A stretch of DNA of 64,000 bases. Source: Squalus acanthias (Eukaryota). The translations under genes were made by a program, and so were the position numbers. The DNA lies in the NCBI GenBank assembly GCA_030390025.1, contig CM059432.1, positions 74,774,001 to 74,838,000 of the forward strand, given 5' to 3'. This document shows positions 38,768 through 52,200 of the stretch, in pieces. A model generated the notes under the pieces. The model saw nothing but the letters and a program-made list of their open reading frames with translations, had not been told where the DNA came from and ran no database searches. Position 1 is the first letter of the stretch; every line of letters begins with the position of its first letter.

Positions 38768-41700
38768 AAGTACAAGGGATTAGGACAGCGGATCAGGAAA
38801 GGGGATAAGGACAAGCGATCAATACAATGGATTAATAGAAGGGATCAATACAAAGGATCAATAGAAGGGATAAATACAAGGGATCAGGACAGGGGATCAG
38901 GGCAAGGAATCAGGACAAGGGATCAATACAAGGGTTCAGTACAAGGGATCAATAGAAGGGATCAATAGAAGGGATCAATAGAAGGGATAAATACAAGTGA
39001 TCAGGACAGGCGATCAGGACAGGGGATAAGGACAAATGATCTATACAAGGGATCAATACAAAGGATCAATAGAAGGGATAAATACAATGGATCAATAGAA
39101 GGGATCAGGACAGCGGATCAGGACAGTAGACCAGGACAAGGGATCAATACAAGGGATCAATACAAAGGATCAATAGAAGGGATAAATACAAGGGATCAGG
39201 ACAGGGGATCAGGACAAGGGATCAGGACAAGGGATCAATACACGGGATCAGTACAAGAGATCAATATAAGTGATCAGTACAAGGGATCAGTACAAGAGAT
39301 CAATACAAGGGATCAGTTCAAGGGACTGATACAAGGGATCTATCCAAGGGATCAATACAAGGGGATCAATACAATGGATCAATAGAAGGGATCAATACAA
39401 GGGATCAATACAAGCTATCATTAGAAGAGAAAAATAAAAGGGATCAATACGAGTGATTAATTCAAGGGATCAATACAAGTGATCAATAGAAGGGATCAAT
39501 AGAAGGGATAAAAACAAGGGATCAGGTCAGGGGATCAGGACAGCGGATAAGGACAAGGGATCAATAAAAAGGGGTCAATACAAGTGATCAGTAAAAAGGG
39601 ATCAATACAAGTGATCAGTACAAGGGATCAGTTCAAGGGACTAATACAAGGGATCAATACAAGGGATCAATACAAGGGATCAGTACAAGGGATCAATACA
39701 AGGGATTAATTCAAGGGATCAATACAAGTGATCAGTACAAGGGATCAGTTCAAGGGACTAATACAAGGGATCAATACAAGGGATCAGTACAAGGGGATCA
39801 TTACAACGGATCAATAGAAGGGATCAATACAAGGGATCAGTACAAGGGATCAGTTCAAGGGACTAATACAAGGGATCAATACAAGGGATCAGTACAAGGG
39901 GATCATTACAACAGATCAATACAAGGGATCAATACAAGGGATCAATACAAGGGATCAGTACAAGGGATCAATACAAGGGATTAATACAAGGGATAAATAC
40001 AAGGGATCAGGACAGGGGATCAATACAAGGGACCAATACAAGGGTTCTATAAAAAGGGATCAATACAAGTGATCAGTACAAGGGATCAGTTCAAGGGACT
40101 AATACAAGGGATCAATACAAGGGATCAGTACAAGGGGATCATTACAACGGATCAATAGAAGGGATCAATACAAGGGATCAGTACAAGGGATCAGTTCAAG
40201 GGACTAATATAAGGGATCAATACAAGGGATCAGTACAAGGGGATCATTACAACAGATCAATAGAAGGGATCAATACAAGGGATCAATACAAGGTATCATT
40301 AGAAGAGAAAAATAAAAGGGATCAATACGAGTGATTAATTCAAGGGATCAATAGAAGGGATAAAAACAAGGGATCAGGTCAGGGGATCAGGACAGGGGAT
40401 CAATAAAAGGGGTCAATACAAGTGATCAGTACAAGGGACAAATGCAAGGGATCAATCAAAGGTATCAGTGCAAGGGGATCAGAACAAGGGATCAGGACAG
40501 GGGATAAATACAAGGGATCAATACATGTGATCAGTACCAGGGATCAGTTCAAGGAACTAATACAAGGGATCAATCCAAGGGATCAATACACGGGATCAGT
40601 ACAAGGGGATCAATAAAATGGATCAATAGAATGGATAAATACAAGGGATCAATACAAGGTATCATTAGAAGAGAACAATAAAAGGGATCGATATGAGTGA
40701 TCAATGCAAGGGATCAGTACAAGGGATCAATACAATGATCAATAGAATGGATAAATACAAGGGATCAGGACAGGGGATGAGGACACTGGAACAGGACAGC
40801 AGATCAATAGAAGTTTCAATACAAGGGTTCAGTACAAGGGATCAATACAAGGGATCAGGATAGGGATCAGGACAAGGGATCAATACAAGGGATGAATACA
40901 ATGGATTAATAGCAGGGATCAGTACAAGAGATCAATAGAAAGAATCAATACAAGGGATCAGTACAAGGGATTAATACAAGGGATCAATACAAGGGATCAA
41001 TAAAGGTTATCAGTACAAGGGATCAGTTTAAGGGACTAATACAAGGGATCAATCTAAGGGATCAATACAAGGGATCAGTACAAGGGGATCAATACAACGG
41101 ATCAATAGAATGGATCAATACAAGGGATCAATACAAGGTATCATTAGAAGAGAACAATAAAAGGGACCAATACGAGTGATCAATACAAGGGTTCAGTACA
41201 AGGGATCAATACAAGGGATCAATAGAAGGGATAAATAGAAGGGATAAATACAAGGGATCAGGGCAGGGGATCAGGACAGGGGATAAGGACAAGGGATCAA
41301 TACATGAGATCAATAGAAGGGAATCAATACAAGGGATCAGGACAAGGGATCAGGACAAGGGATCAATACAAGGGATCAATAAAAGGGGATTAATAGAAGG
41401 GATAAATACAAGGGATCAATCAAAGGTATCAGTACAAGGGGATCAGAACAACGGATCAGGAGAGGGGATCAATACAAGGGATCAGTACAAGGGATCAATA
41501 CAAGGGATAAATACAAGGGATCAGGACAGGGGATCAGGGCAAGGAATCAGGACAAGGGATCAATACAAGGGTTCAGTACAAGGGATCAATAGAAGGGATC
41601 AATAGAAGGGATCAATAGAAGGGATAAATACAAGTGATCAGGACAGGCGATCAGGACAGGGGATAAGGACAAATGATCTATACAAGGGATCAATACAAAG

Positions 41701-44700
41701 GATCAATAGAAGGGATAAATACAATGGATCAATAGAAGGGATCAGGACAGCGGATCAGGACAGTAGACCAGGACAAGGGATCAATACAAGGGATCAATAC
41801 AAAGGATCAATAGAAGGGATAAATACAAGGGATCAGGACAGGGGATCAGGACAAGGGATCAGGACAAGGGATCAATACACGGGATCAGTACAAGAGATCA
41901 ATATAAGTGATCAGTACAAGGGATCAGTACAAGAGATCAATACAAGGGATCAGTTCAAGGGACTGATACAAGGGATCTATCCAAGGGATCAATACAAGGG
42001 GATCAATACAATGGATCAATAGAAGGGATCAATACAAGGGATCAATACAAGCTATCATTAGAAGAGAAAAATAAAAGGGATCAATACGAGTGATTAATTC
42101 AAGGGATCAATACAAGTGATCAATAGAAGGGATCAATAGAAGGGATAAAAACAAGGGATCAGGTCAGGGGATCAGGACAGCGGATAAGGACAAGGGATCA
42201 ATAAAAAGGGGTCAATACAAGTGATCAGTAAAAAGGGATCAATACAAGTGATCAGTACAAGGGATCAGTTCAAGGGACTAATACAAGGGATCAATACAAG
42301 GGATCAGTACAAGGGGATCATTACAACAGATCAATACAAGGGATCAATACAAGGGATCAATACAAGGGATCAGTACAAGGGATCAATACAAGGGATTAAT
42401 TCAAGGGATCAATACAAGTGATCAGTACAAGGGATCAGTTCAAGGGACTAATACAAGGGATCAATACAAGGGATCAGTACAAGGGGATCATTACAACGGA
42501 TCAATAGAAGGGATCAATACAAGGGATCAGTACAAGGGATCAGTTCAAGGGACTAATACAAGGGATCAATACAAGGGATCAGTACAAGGGGATCATTACA
42601 ACAGATCAATACAAGGGATCAATACAAGGGATCAATACAAGGGATCAGTACAAGGGATCAATACAAGGGATTAATACAAGGGATAAATACAAGGGATCAG
42701 GACAGGGGATCAATACAAGGGACCAATACAAGGGATCAATAAAAAGGGATCAATACAAGTGATCAGTACAAGGGATCAGTTCAAGGGACTAATACAAGGG
42801 ATCAATACAAGGGATCAGTACAAGGGGATCATTACAACGGATCAATAGAAGGGATCAATACAAGGGATCAGTACAAGGGATCAGTTCAAGGGACTAATAT
42901 AAGGGATCAATACAAGGGATCAGTACAAGGGGATCATTACAACAGATCAATAGAAGGGATCAATACAAGGGATCAATACAAGGTATCATTAGAAGAGAAA
43001 AATAAAAGGGATCAATACGAGTGATTAATTCAAGGGATCAATAGAAGGGATAAAAACAAGGGATCAGGTCAGGGGATCAGGACAGGGGATCAATAAAAGG
43101 GGTCAATACAAGTGATCAGTACAAGGGACAAATACAAGGGATCAATCAAAGGTATCAGTGCAAGGGGATCAGAACAAGGGATCAGGACAGGGGATAAATA
43201 CAAGGGATCAATACATGTGATCAGTACCAGGGATCAGTTCAAGGAACTAATACAAGGGATCAATCCAAGGGATCAATACACGGGATCAGTACAAGGGGAT
43301 CAATAAAATGGATCAATAGAATGGATAAATACAAGGGATCAATACAAGGTATCATTAGAAGAGAACAATAAAAGGGATCGATATGAGTGATCAATGCAAG
43401 GGATCAGTACAAGGGATCAATACAATGATCAATAGAATGGATAAATACAAGGGATCAGGACAGGGGATGAGGACACTGGAACAGGACAGCAGATCAATAG
43501 AAGTTTCAATACAAGGGTTCAGTACAAGGGATCAATACAAGGGATCAGGATAGGGATCAGGACAAGGGATCAATACAAGGGATGAATACAATGGATTAAT
43601 AGCAGGGATCAGTACAAGAGATCAATAGAAAGAATCAATACAAGGGATCAGTACAAGGGATTAATACAAGGGATCAATACAAGGGATCAATAAAGGTTAT
43701 CAGTACAAGGGATCAGTTTAAGGGACTAATACAAGTGATGAATCTAAGGGATCAATACAAGGGATCAGTACAAGGGGATCAATACAACGGATCAATAGAA
43801 TGGATCAATACAAGGGATCAATACAAGGTATCATTAGAAGAGAACAATAAAAGGGACCAATACGAGTGATCAATACAAGGGTTCAGTACAAGGGATCAAT
43901 ACAAGGGATCAATAGAAGGGATAAATAGAAGGGATAAATACAAGGGATCAGGGCAGGGGATCAGGACAGGGGATAAGGACAAGGGATCAATACATGAGAT
44001 CAATAGAAGGGAATCAATACAAGGGATCAGGACAAGGGATCAGGACAAGGGATCAATACAAGGGATCAATAAAAGGGGATTAATAGAAGGGATAAATACA
44101 AGGGATCAATCAAAGGTATCAGTACAAGGGGATCAGAACAACGGATCAGGAGAGGGGATCAATACAAGGGATCAGTACAAGGGATCAATACAAGGGATAA
44201 ATACAAGGGATCAATCTAAGGGATCAATACACGGGATCAGTACAAGGGGATCAATAAAATGGATTAATAGAATGGATCAATACACGGGATCAATACAAGG
44301 TATCATTAGAAGAGAACAATAAAAGGGATCGATATGAGTGATCAATACAAGGGATCAGGACAGGGATCAATACAAGGGATAAATACAAGGGATGAATACA
44401 AGGGATTAATAGAAGGGATAAATACAAGGGATCAATACAAGGGATTAATAGAAGGGATAAATACAAGGGATCATGACAGGGGATCAGGACAGGGGATCAG
44501 GTTAAGGGATCAGGATAAGGGATCAGGAGAAGGGATCACTATAAGGGATCAATACAATGGATTAATAGAAGGGATCAGTACAAGGGATCAGAACAAGGGA
44601 TCAATACATAGAACAGTACAAGGGATCAGTACAAGGGATCAATAGAATGGATAAATACAAGGGATCAATACAAGGGATCAATACAAGGGATTAATAGAAG

Positions 44701-46250
44701 GGATAAATACAAGGGATCAATACAAGGGATTAATAGAAGGGATAAATACATGGGATCATGACAGGTGATCAGGACAGGGGATCAGGAAAAGGGATCAGGA
44801 GAAGGGATCAATACAATGGATTAATAGAAGGGATAAATACAAGGGATCAGTACAAGGGATCAATACATAGAACAGTACAAGGGATCAGTACAAGGGATCA
44901 ATAGAATGGATAAATACAAGGGATCAGGACAGGCGATCAGAATAAGGGATCGGGAGAAGGGATCAATACAAGGGATCAAGACAATGGATTAATAGAAGGG
45001 ATCAATACAAGGTATCAATACAAGGGATCAGTAGAAGGGATTAATAGAAGGAATCAATACCAGGAATCAATACCAGGAATCAATACAAGGGATCAGGACA
45101 GGGGATCAGTACAAGGTATCAGAACGAAGGATCAATACATAGAACAGTACAAGGGATCAGTACAAGGGATCAGTACAAGGGATCAATAAAAAGGGATCAA
45201 TTCAAGGGATCAGTTCAAGGGACTAATACAAGGGATCAATCTAAGGGATCAATACAAGGGATCAGTACAAGGGGATCAATACAATGGATCAATAGAAGGG
45301 ATCAATAACAGGGATCAATAGAAGTGATCAATACAAGGGATCAATAAAATGGATCAATACAAGGAACAATAGAAGGGACCAATACAAGGGATCAATAGAA
45401 GGGATCAGTAGACTGGATCAACAAAAGGGTTCAATAGAAGGGATAAATATAAGGGATCAGGACAGTGGATCAGGACAGTGGATCAGGACAAGGGATCAAT
45501 ACAAGGGATCAATAGAGGTGATCAATACAAGGGATCAATAGAAGGGATCAGGACAGCAGATCAGGACAAGGGATCAATACAAGGGATCAATAGAGATGAT
45601 CAATAGAAGGGATCAGGACAGCGGATCAGGACAGTGGATCAGGACAAGAGACCAGGACAAGGGATCAATACAATGGATCAATACAATGGATTAATAGAAG
45701 TGATCACTACAAGGGATCAATAGAAGGGATCAATACAAGGGATCAATAGAAGGGATCAATACAAGGGATCAATAGAAGGGACCAATTAAAGGGATTAATA
45801 CAATGAATTCATATTCAGGATCAAAACAAGGGATTAATAAAAGGGATCAATACAATGGATCAATATAAGCGATCAGTACAAGAGATCAATAGAAGGGCTC
45901 AATACAAGGTATCAGGACAGGGGATCAGTACAAGGGATCAATAGAAGGAATCAATACAAGGGATAAATAGAAGGGATCTGGACAGGGGATCAATACAAGG
46001 TATCAGAACAACGGATCAATACAAGGGATCTGTACAAGGGATCAATACAAGGGATTAATAGAAGGGATCAATACAATGGATCAATACAGGGATCAAAACA
46101 AGGGATTAATAGAAGGGATCAATACAAGGGTTCAGGACAGGGGATCAATACAAGGGATCAATAAAAGGGATTAATACAAGGGATCAATACAAGGGATCAA
46201 CAAAAGGGATCAATGGAAGGGATAAATACAGTGGATCAATACAAGGGATC
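38768..46250 (+). repeat. 13-bp satellite array, block 4a (AGGACAG / AATAGAA variant domain)
   Basis: Same variant set as blocks 1-3. Includes a ~2.65-kb tandem duplication. Confidence 0.97.
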
Positions 46251-49200
46251 AGTACAAGAGATCAATAGAAGGAATCAATACAAGGGATCAATGCAAGGGA
46301 TCAATACAAGTGATCAGTACAAGGGATCAATGCAATGGATCATTGCAAGGGCTCACTACAAGGGATCAATACAAGGCTCAATACAAGGCATCAATACAAG
46401 GGATCAATACAAGTGATCAATACAAGCGATCAATGCAAGGGATCAATACAAGGGAAAGTAGAAGTGATCAATATAAGGGATCAGTACAAGGAATCTGTAC
46501 AAGGGATCAATACAAGGGATCAGTACAAGGAATCAATACAAGGTGATCAATACTAGGCATCAATAGAAGGGATCAATACAAGGGATCAACACAAGGGATC
46601 ATTGCAAGGGATCAATACAACAGATCAATAAAACGGATCAACACAAGGGATCATTGCAAGGGATCAATACAAGGGATCAGAACAAGGGATCAATATAAGG
46701 TATCAATACGAGGGATCAATACAAGCGATCAATACAAGTGATCAATTCAAGGGATCAATACACAAGATCAATACAAGGGATCAATACAAGGGATCAAGAA
46801 AAGGGATCAATACAAGGGATCATTGCAAGGGATCAATTCAAGAGACCATTGCAAGGCATCAATGCAAGGGATCATTGCAAGGGATCAATACAAGGGATCA
46901 TTGCAAGGGATCAATACAATTGATCAATACAAGGGATCAATACAAGGAATCAATACAAGGGATCATTGCAAGGGAGCAATACAAGGGATCAATACAAGGG
47001 ATCAGAATAAGGGATCAATACAAGGGATCAATACAAGGGATCATTACAAGGAATCAATACAATGGCTCAGTACAAGTAATCAATACAAGGTGATCAATAC
47101 TAGGCATCAATAGAAGGAATCAATACAAGGTATCAATACAAGGGATCATTGCAAGAGATCCATACAACAGATCAATAAAATGGATCAATACAAGGGATCA
47201 TTGCAAGGGATCAATACAATTGATCAATACAAGCGATCAATGCAAGGGATCAATACAAGGGATCAATACAAGGGAGCAGTACAAGTGATCAATACAAGGG
47301 ATCAGTACAAGGAATCTGTACAAGGGATCAATACAAGGGATCAGTACAAGGAATCAATACAATGGCTCAGTACAAGGAATCAATACAAGGTGATCAATAC
47401 TAGGCATCAATAGAAGGGATCAATACAAGAGATCCATACAACAGATCAATAAAAGGGATCAATACAAGGGATCATTGCAAGGGATCAATACAATTGATCA
47501 ATACCAGTGATCAATACAAGGGATCATTGCAAGGGATCAATACAAGGGATCAATACAAGGGATCAGAACAAGGTATCATTACAAGGTATCAATACAAGGG
47601 ATCAATACAAGGGAGCAGTACAAGTGATCAATACAAAGGATCAGTACAAGGAATCAATACGATGGCTCAGTACAAGGGATCAATACAAGGGCTCAGTACA
47701 AGGAATCAATACACTGGATCAATACAAGGCACCATAACGCGGGATCATTGCAAGGGATCAATACAATTGATCAATACAAGGGACAATACAAGGGATCAAT
47801 ACAAGGGATCATTACAAGGGATCAATGCAAGGGATCAATACAATGGATCAGTTCAAGGGATCAAGACAAGGGGATCAATACATTGCATCATTGCATGGGA
47901 TTAATACAAGGGATCAGTACAAGGGATCAATACAAGGGGTCATTGCAAGGGACCAATACAAGCGATCAATGCAAGGGATCAATACAAGGGATCAGTACAA
48001 GGGATCAATACAAGGGATCAATACAAGGAATCAATACAAGGGATCAATTCAAGAGACCATTGCAAGCCATCAATGCAAGGGATCATTGCAAGGGATCAAT
48101 ACAAGGGATCAGTACAAGGGATCAATACTAGGGATCAATACAAGGGATGAATATAAGGTTATCAATACTGTGGACCATTGCATGGGATCAATACAAGGGA
48201 TCAGTACAAGAGATCAATACAAGGGATCATTGCAAGGGAGCAATACAAGAGATCATTGTAAGGGTCAATACAAGGGATCAGTACAAGGGATCAATGCAAG
48301 AGATCAATATAAGTGATCAACACAATGGATTGGTACAAGGGATCAATACAAGGGATCATTGCAAGGGACCAATACAACGGATCAGTGAAAGCGATCAATA
48401 CAAGGTGATCAATACACTGGATCATTGCATGGGATTAATACAAGGGATCAATACAAGGGATCAATACAAGTGTTCATTGCAAGGATTCATTGCAAGTGAC
48501 CAATACAAGGAATCAATACAAGGGATCAATACAAGAGATCATTATAAGAGTCAATACAAGGGATCAGTACAAGTGATCAATAAAAGGGATCAATACAAGG
48601 GACCAATACAATGGATCAATACAAGGAATTACACAAGGGATCATTGCAAGGGACCAATACAATGGATCAATGCACACGATCAATACAAGGGATCAATACA
48701 AGGGATCAGTACATGTGATCAATACAAGGGATCAATACAGGGGATCAATGCAATGGATCAATACAAGGCATCATTGCAAGGTATCAGTACAAGGCATCAG
48801 TACATGTGATCAATACAAGGGATCAATACAAGGGGTCATTGCATGGGATCATTGCAAGGGATCAATACAAGGGATCAATACAAGGGACCAATACATGGGA
48901 TCAATACAAGGGATCAATACAAGGGATCAATACAAGGGATCAATATGAGGAATCATTGCAAGGGATGAATACAAGGGATCAATACAAGGGATCATTACAA
49001 GGGATCAGTACAAAGTATCAATACAAGGGAGCATTAGAAGGGATCAATGCAAGGTATCACTACAAGGCATCAGTACATGTGATCAATACAAGGGATAAAT
49101 ACAAGGGATCTTTACCAGCGATCAATGTAAGGGACCATTGTAAGGGATCAATACAAGGGATCAATATAAGGGAACAATACAAGGGATCAGTACAAGGGAT

Positions 49201-52200
49201 CAATACAAGAGATCATTGCAAAAGACCAATACAAGGAATCAGTACAACGGATCAATACAAGGGGATCAATACAAGGGATCATTGCATGGGATTAATACAA
49301 GGAATCAATACAAGTGATCAGTACAAGGGATCAATACAAGGGATCAATACAAGGGATCAAATCAAGAGAGCATTGCAAGGGATCAATGCAAGGGATCATT
49401 GCATGGGATCAATACAAGTTATCAATATAAGGGATCAATACAAGGGATCAGTGCAAGGGATCATTCCAAGGGATCAATACAAGGCATCATTACAAGGGAT
49501 CAATGCAAGGGAAAAATACAAGGGATTAATACAAGCAATCAATACAAGGGATCAGTTCAAGCAATCAATACAAGGGATCAGTACAAGGTATCAGTACAAG
49601 GGATCAATACAAGGGATCAATACAATTGATCAATACAAGGGATCAATACAAGGGATCAATGCAAGGGATCAATACAAGGGATCAATGCAAGGTATCAGTG
49701 CAAGGAATCAGTATAAGGGATCAACACAAGATCAATACAAGGGATCAATACATGTGCTCAGTAAAATAAGTCGTTACAAGGTGAGCAATACTAGGCATTA
49801 ATACAAGGGATCAACAGAAGGGATCATGCCAGGGATCAATATAAGGTATCAATACAACAGACCAATACATGGGATCATTGCAAGGGATCAATGCAAAGGA
49901 TCAATACAAGGGACCAATACAAGGGATCATTGCAAGGGATCAATGCAACTGATCAATACAAGGGATCATTGCAAGGGATCAATACAAGGGATCAATATAA
50001 GGGAACAACACAAGGGATCAGTACAAGGGATCAATACAAGGGATCATTGCAATAGACCTATAAAAGGGATCAGTACAATGGATCAATACAAGGGGATCAA
50101 TACAAGGGATTAATACAAGGGATCAATTCAAGTGATCAGTACAAGGGATCAATACAAGAGATCAATACAAGGAATCAATACAAGGAATGAATTCAAGAGA
50201 CCATTGCAAGGCATCAATGCAAGGGATCATTGCAAGGGATCAATACAAGGGACCAGTACAAGGAATCAATACAAGGGATCAGTACAAGGAATCAATACAA
50301 GGAATCAATTCAAGAGACCATTGCAAGGCATCAATGCAAGGGATCATTGCAAGGGATCAATACAAGGGATCAGTACAAGGGATCAATACAAGGGATCAAT
50401 ACAAGGGATCAAATCAAGAGAGCATTGCAAGGGATCAATGCAAGGGATCATTGCATGGGATCAATACAAGTTACCAATATAAGGGATCAATACAAGGGAT
50501 CAGTGCAAGGGATCATTCCAAGGGATCAATACAAGGCATCATTACAAGGGATCAATGCAAGGGAAAAATACAAGGGATTAATACAAGGGATTAATACAAG
50601 GGATCAATACAAGTGATCAGTACAAGGGATCAATACAAGAGATCAATACAAGGAATCAATACAAGGAATCAATTCAAGAGACCATTGCAAGGCATCAATG
50701 CAAGGGATCATTGCAAGGGATCAATACAAGGGATCAGTACAAGGAATCAATACAAGGAATCAATTCAAGAGACCATTGCAAGGCATCAATGCAAGGGATC
50801 ATTGCAAGGGATTAATACGAGGGTTCAACACAAGGGATCAGTACAAGAGATCAATACAAGGGATCATTGCAAGGGACCAATACAATGGATCAATGCACAG
50901 GATCAATACGAGGGATCAATACAAGGGATCAGTACAATTGATCAATACAAGGGATCAATACAAGGGATCATTGCAAGGTATCAGTACAAGGCATCAGTAC
51001 ATGTGATCAATACAAGGGATCAATACAAGGGGTCATTGCATGGGATCATTGCAAAGGATAAATACAAGGGATCAATACAAGCGATCAGTCCAAGTGATCA
51101 GTACAAGGAATCAGTACAAGGGATCAAGACAAAGAATTAATACAAGGGACCAATACAAGGGGACCAATACATGGGATCATTGCATGGGATTAATACAAGG
51201 GATCAATACATTGGATCAGTACAAGGGATCAATACAAGGGGTCATTGCAAGGGATCAATACAAGTGATCAGTACAATTGATCAATACAAGGGATCAATAC
51301 AAGGGATCATTGCAAGGGATCAATACATGGGATCAGTACAATTGATCAATACAAGGGATCAATACAAGGCATCATTGCAAGGTATCAGTACAAGGCATCA
51401 GTACATGTGATCAATACAAGGGATCAATACAAGGGGTCATTGCATGGGATCATTGCAAAGGATCAATACAAGAGATCAATACAAGCGATCAGTCCATGTG
51501 ATCAATACAAGGGATCAGTACAAGGAATCAGTACAAGGGATCAAGACAAGGAATCAATACAAGGGACCAATACAAGGGGACCAATACATGTAATCATTGC
51601 ATGGCATTAATACAAGGGATCAATACATTAGATCAGTACAAGGGATCAATACAAGGGGTCATTGCAAGGGACCAATACAAGCGATCAATGCAAGGGATCA
51701 ATACAAGGGATCAGTACAAGGGATCAATACAAGGGATCAATACAAGGAATCAATACAAGGGGATCAATACAAGGGATTAATACAAGGGATCAATTCAAGT
51801 GATCAGTACAAGTGATCAATACAAGAGATCAATACAAGGAATCAATACAAGGAATTAATTCAAGAGACCATTGCAAGGCATCAATGCAAGGGATCATTGC
51901 AAGGGATCAATACAAGGGACCAGTACAAGGAATCAATACAAGGGATCAGTACAAGGAATCAATACAAGGAATCAATTCAAGAGACCATTGCAAGGCATCA
52001 ATGCAAGGGATCATTGCAAGGGATCAATACAAGGGATCAGTACAAGGGATCAATACAAGGGATCAATACAAGGGATCAAATCAAGAGAGCATTGCAAGGG
52101 ATCAATGCAAGGGATCATTGCATGGGATCAATACAAGTTATCAATATAAGGGATCAATACAAGGGATCAGTGCAAGGGATCATTCCAAGGGATCAATACA

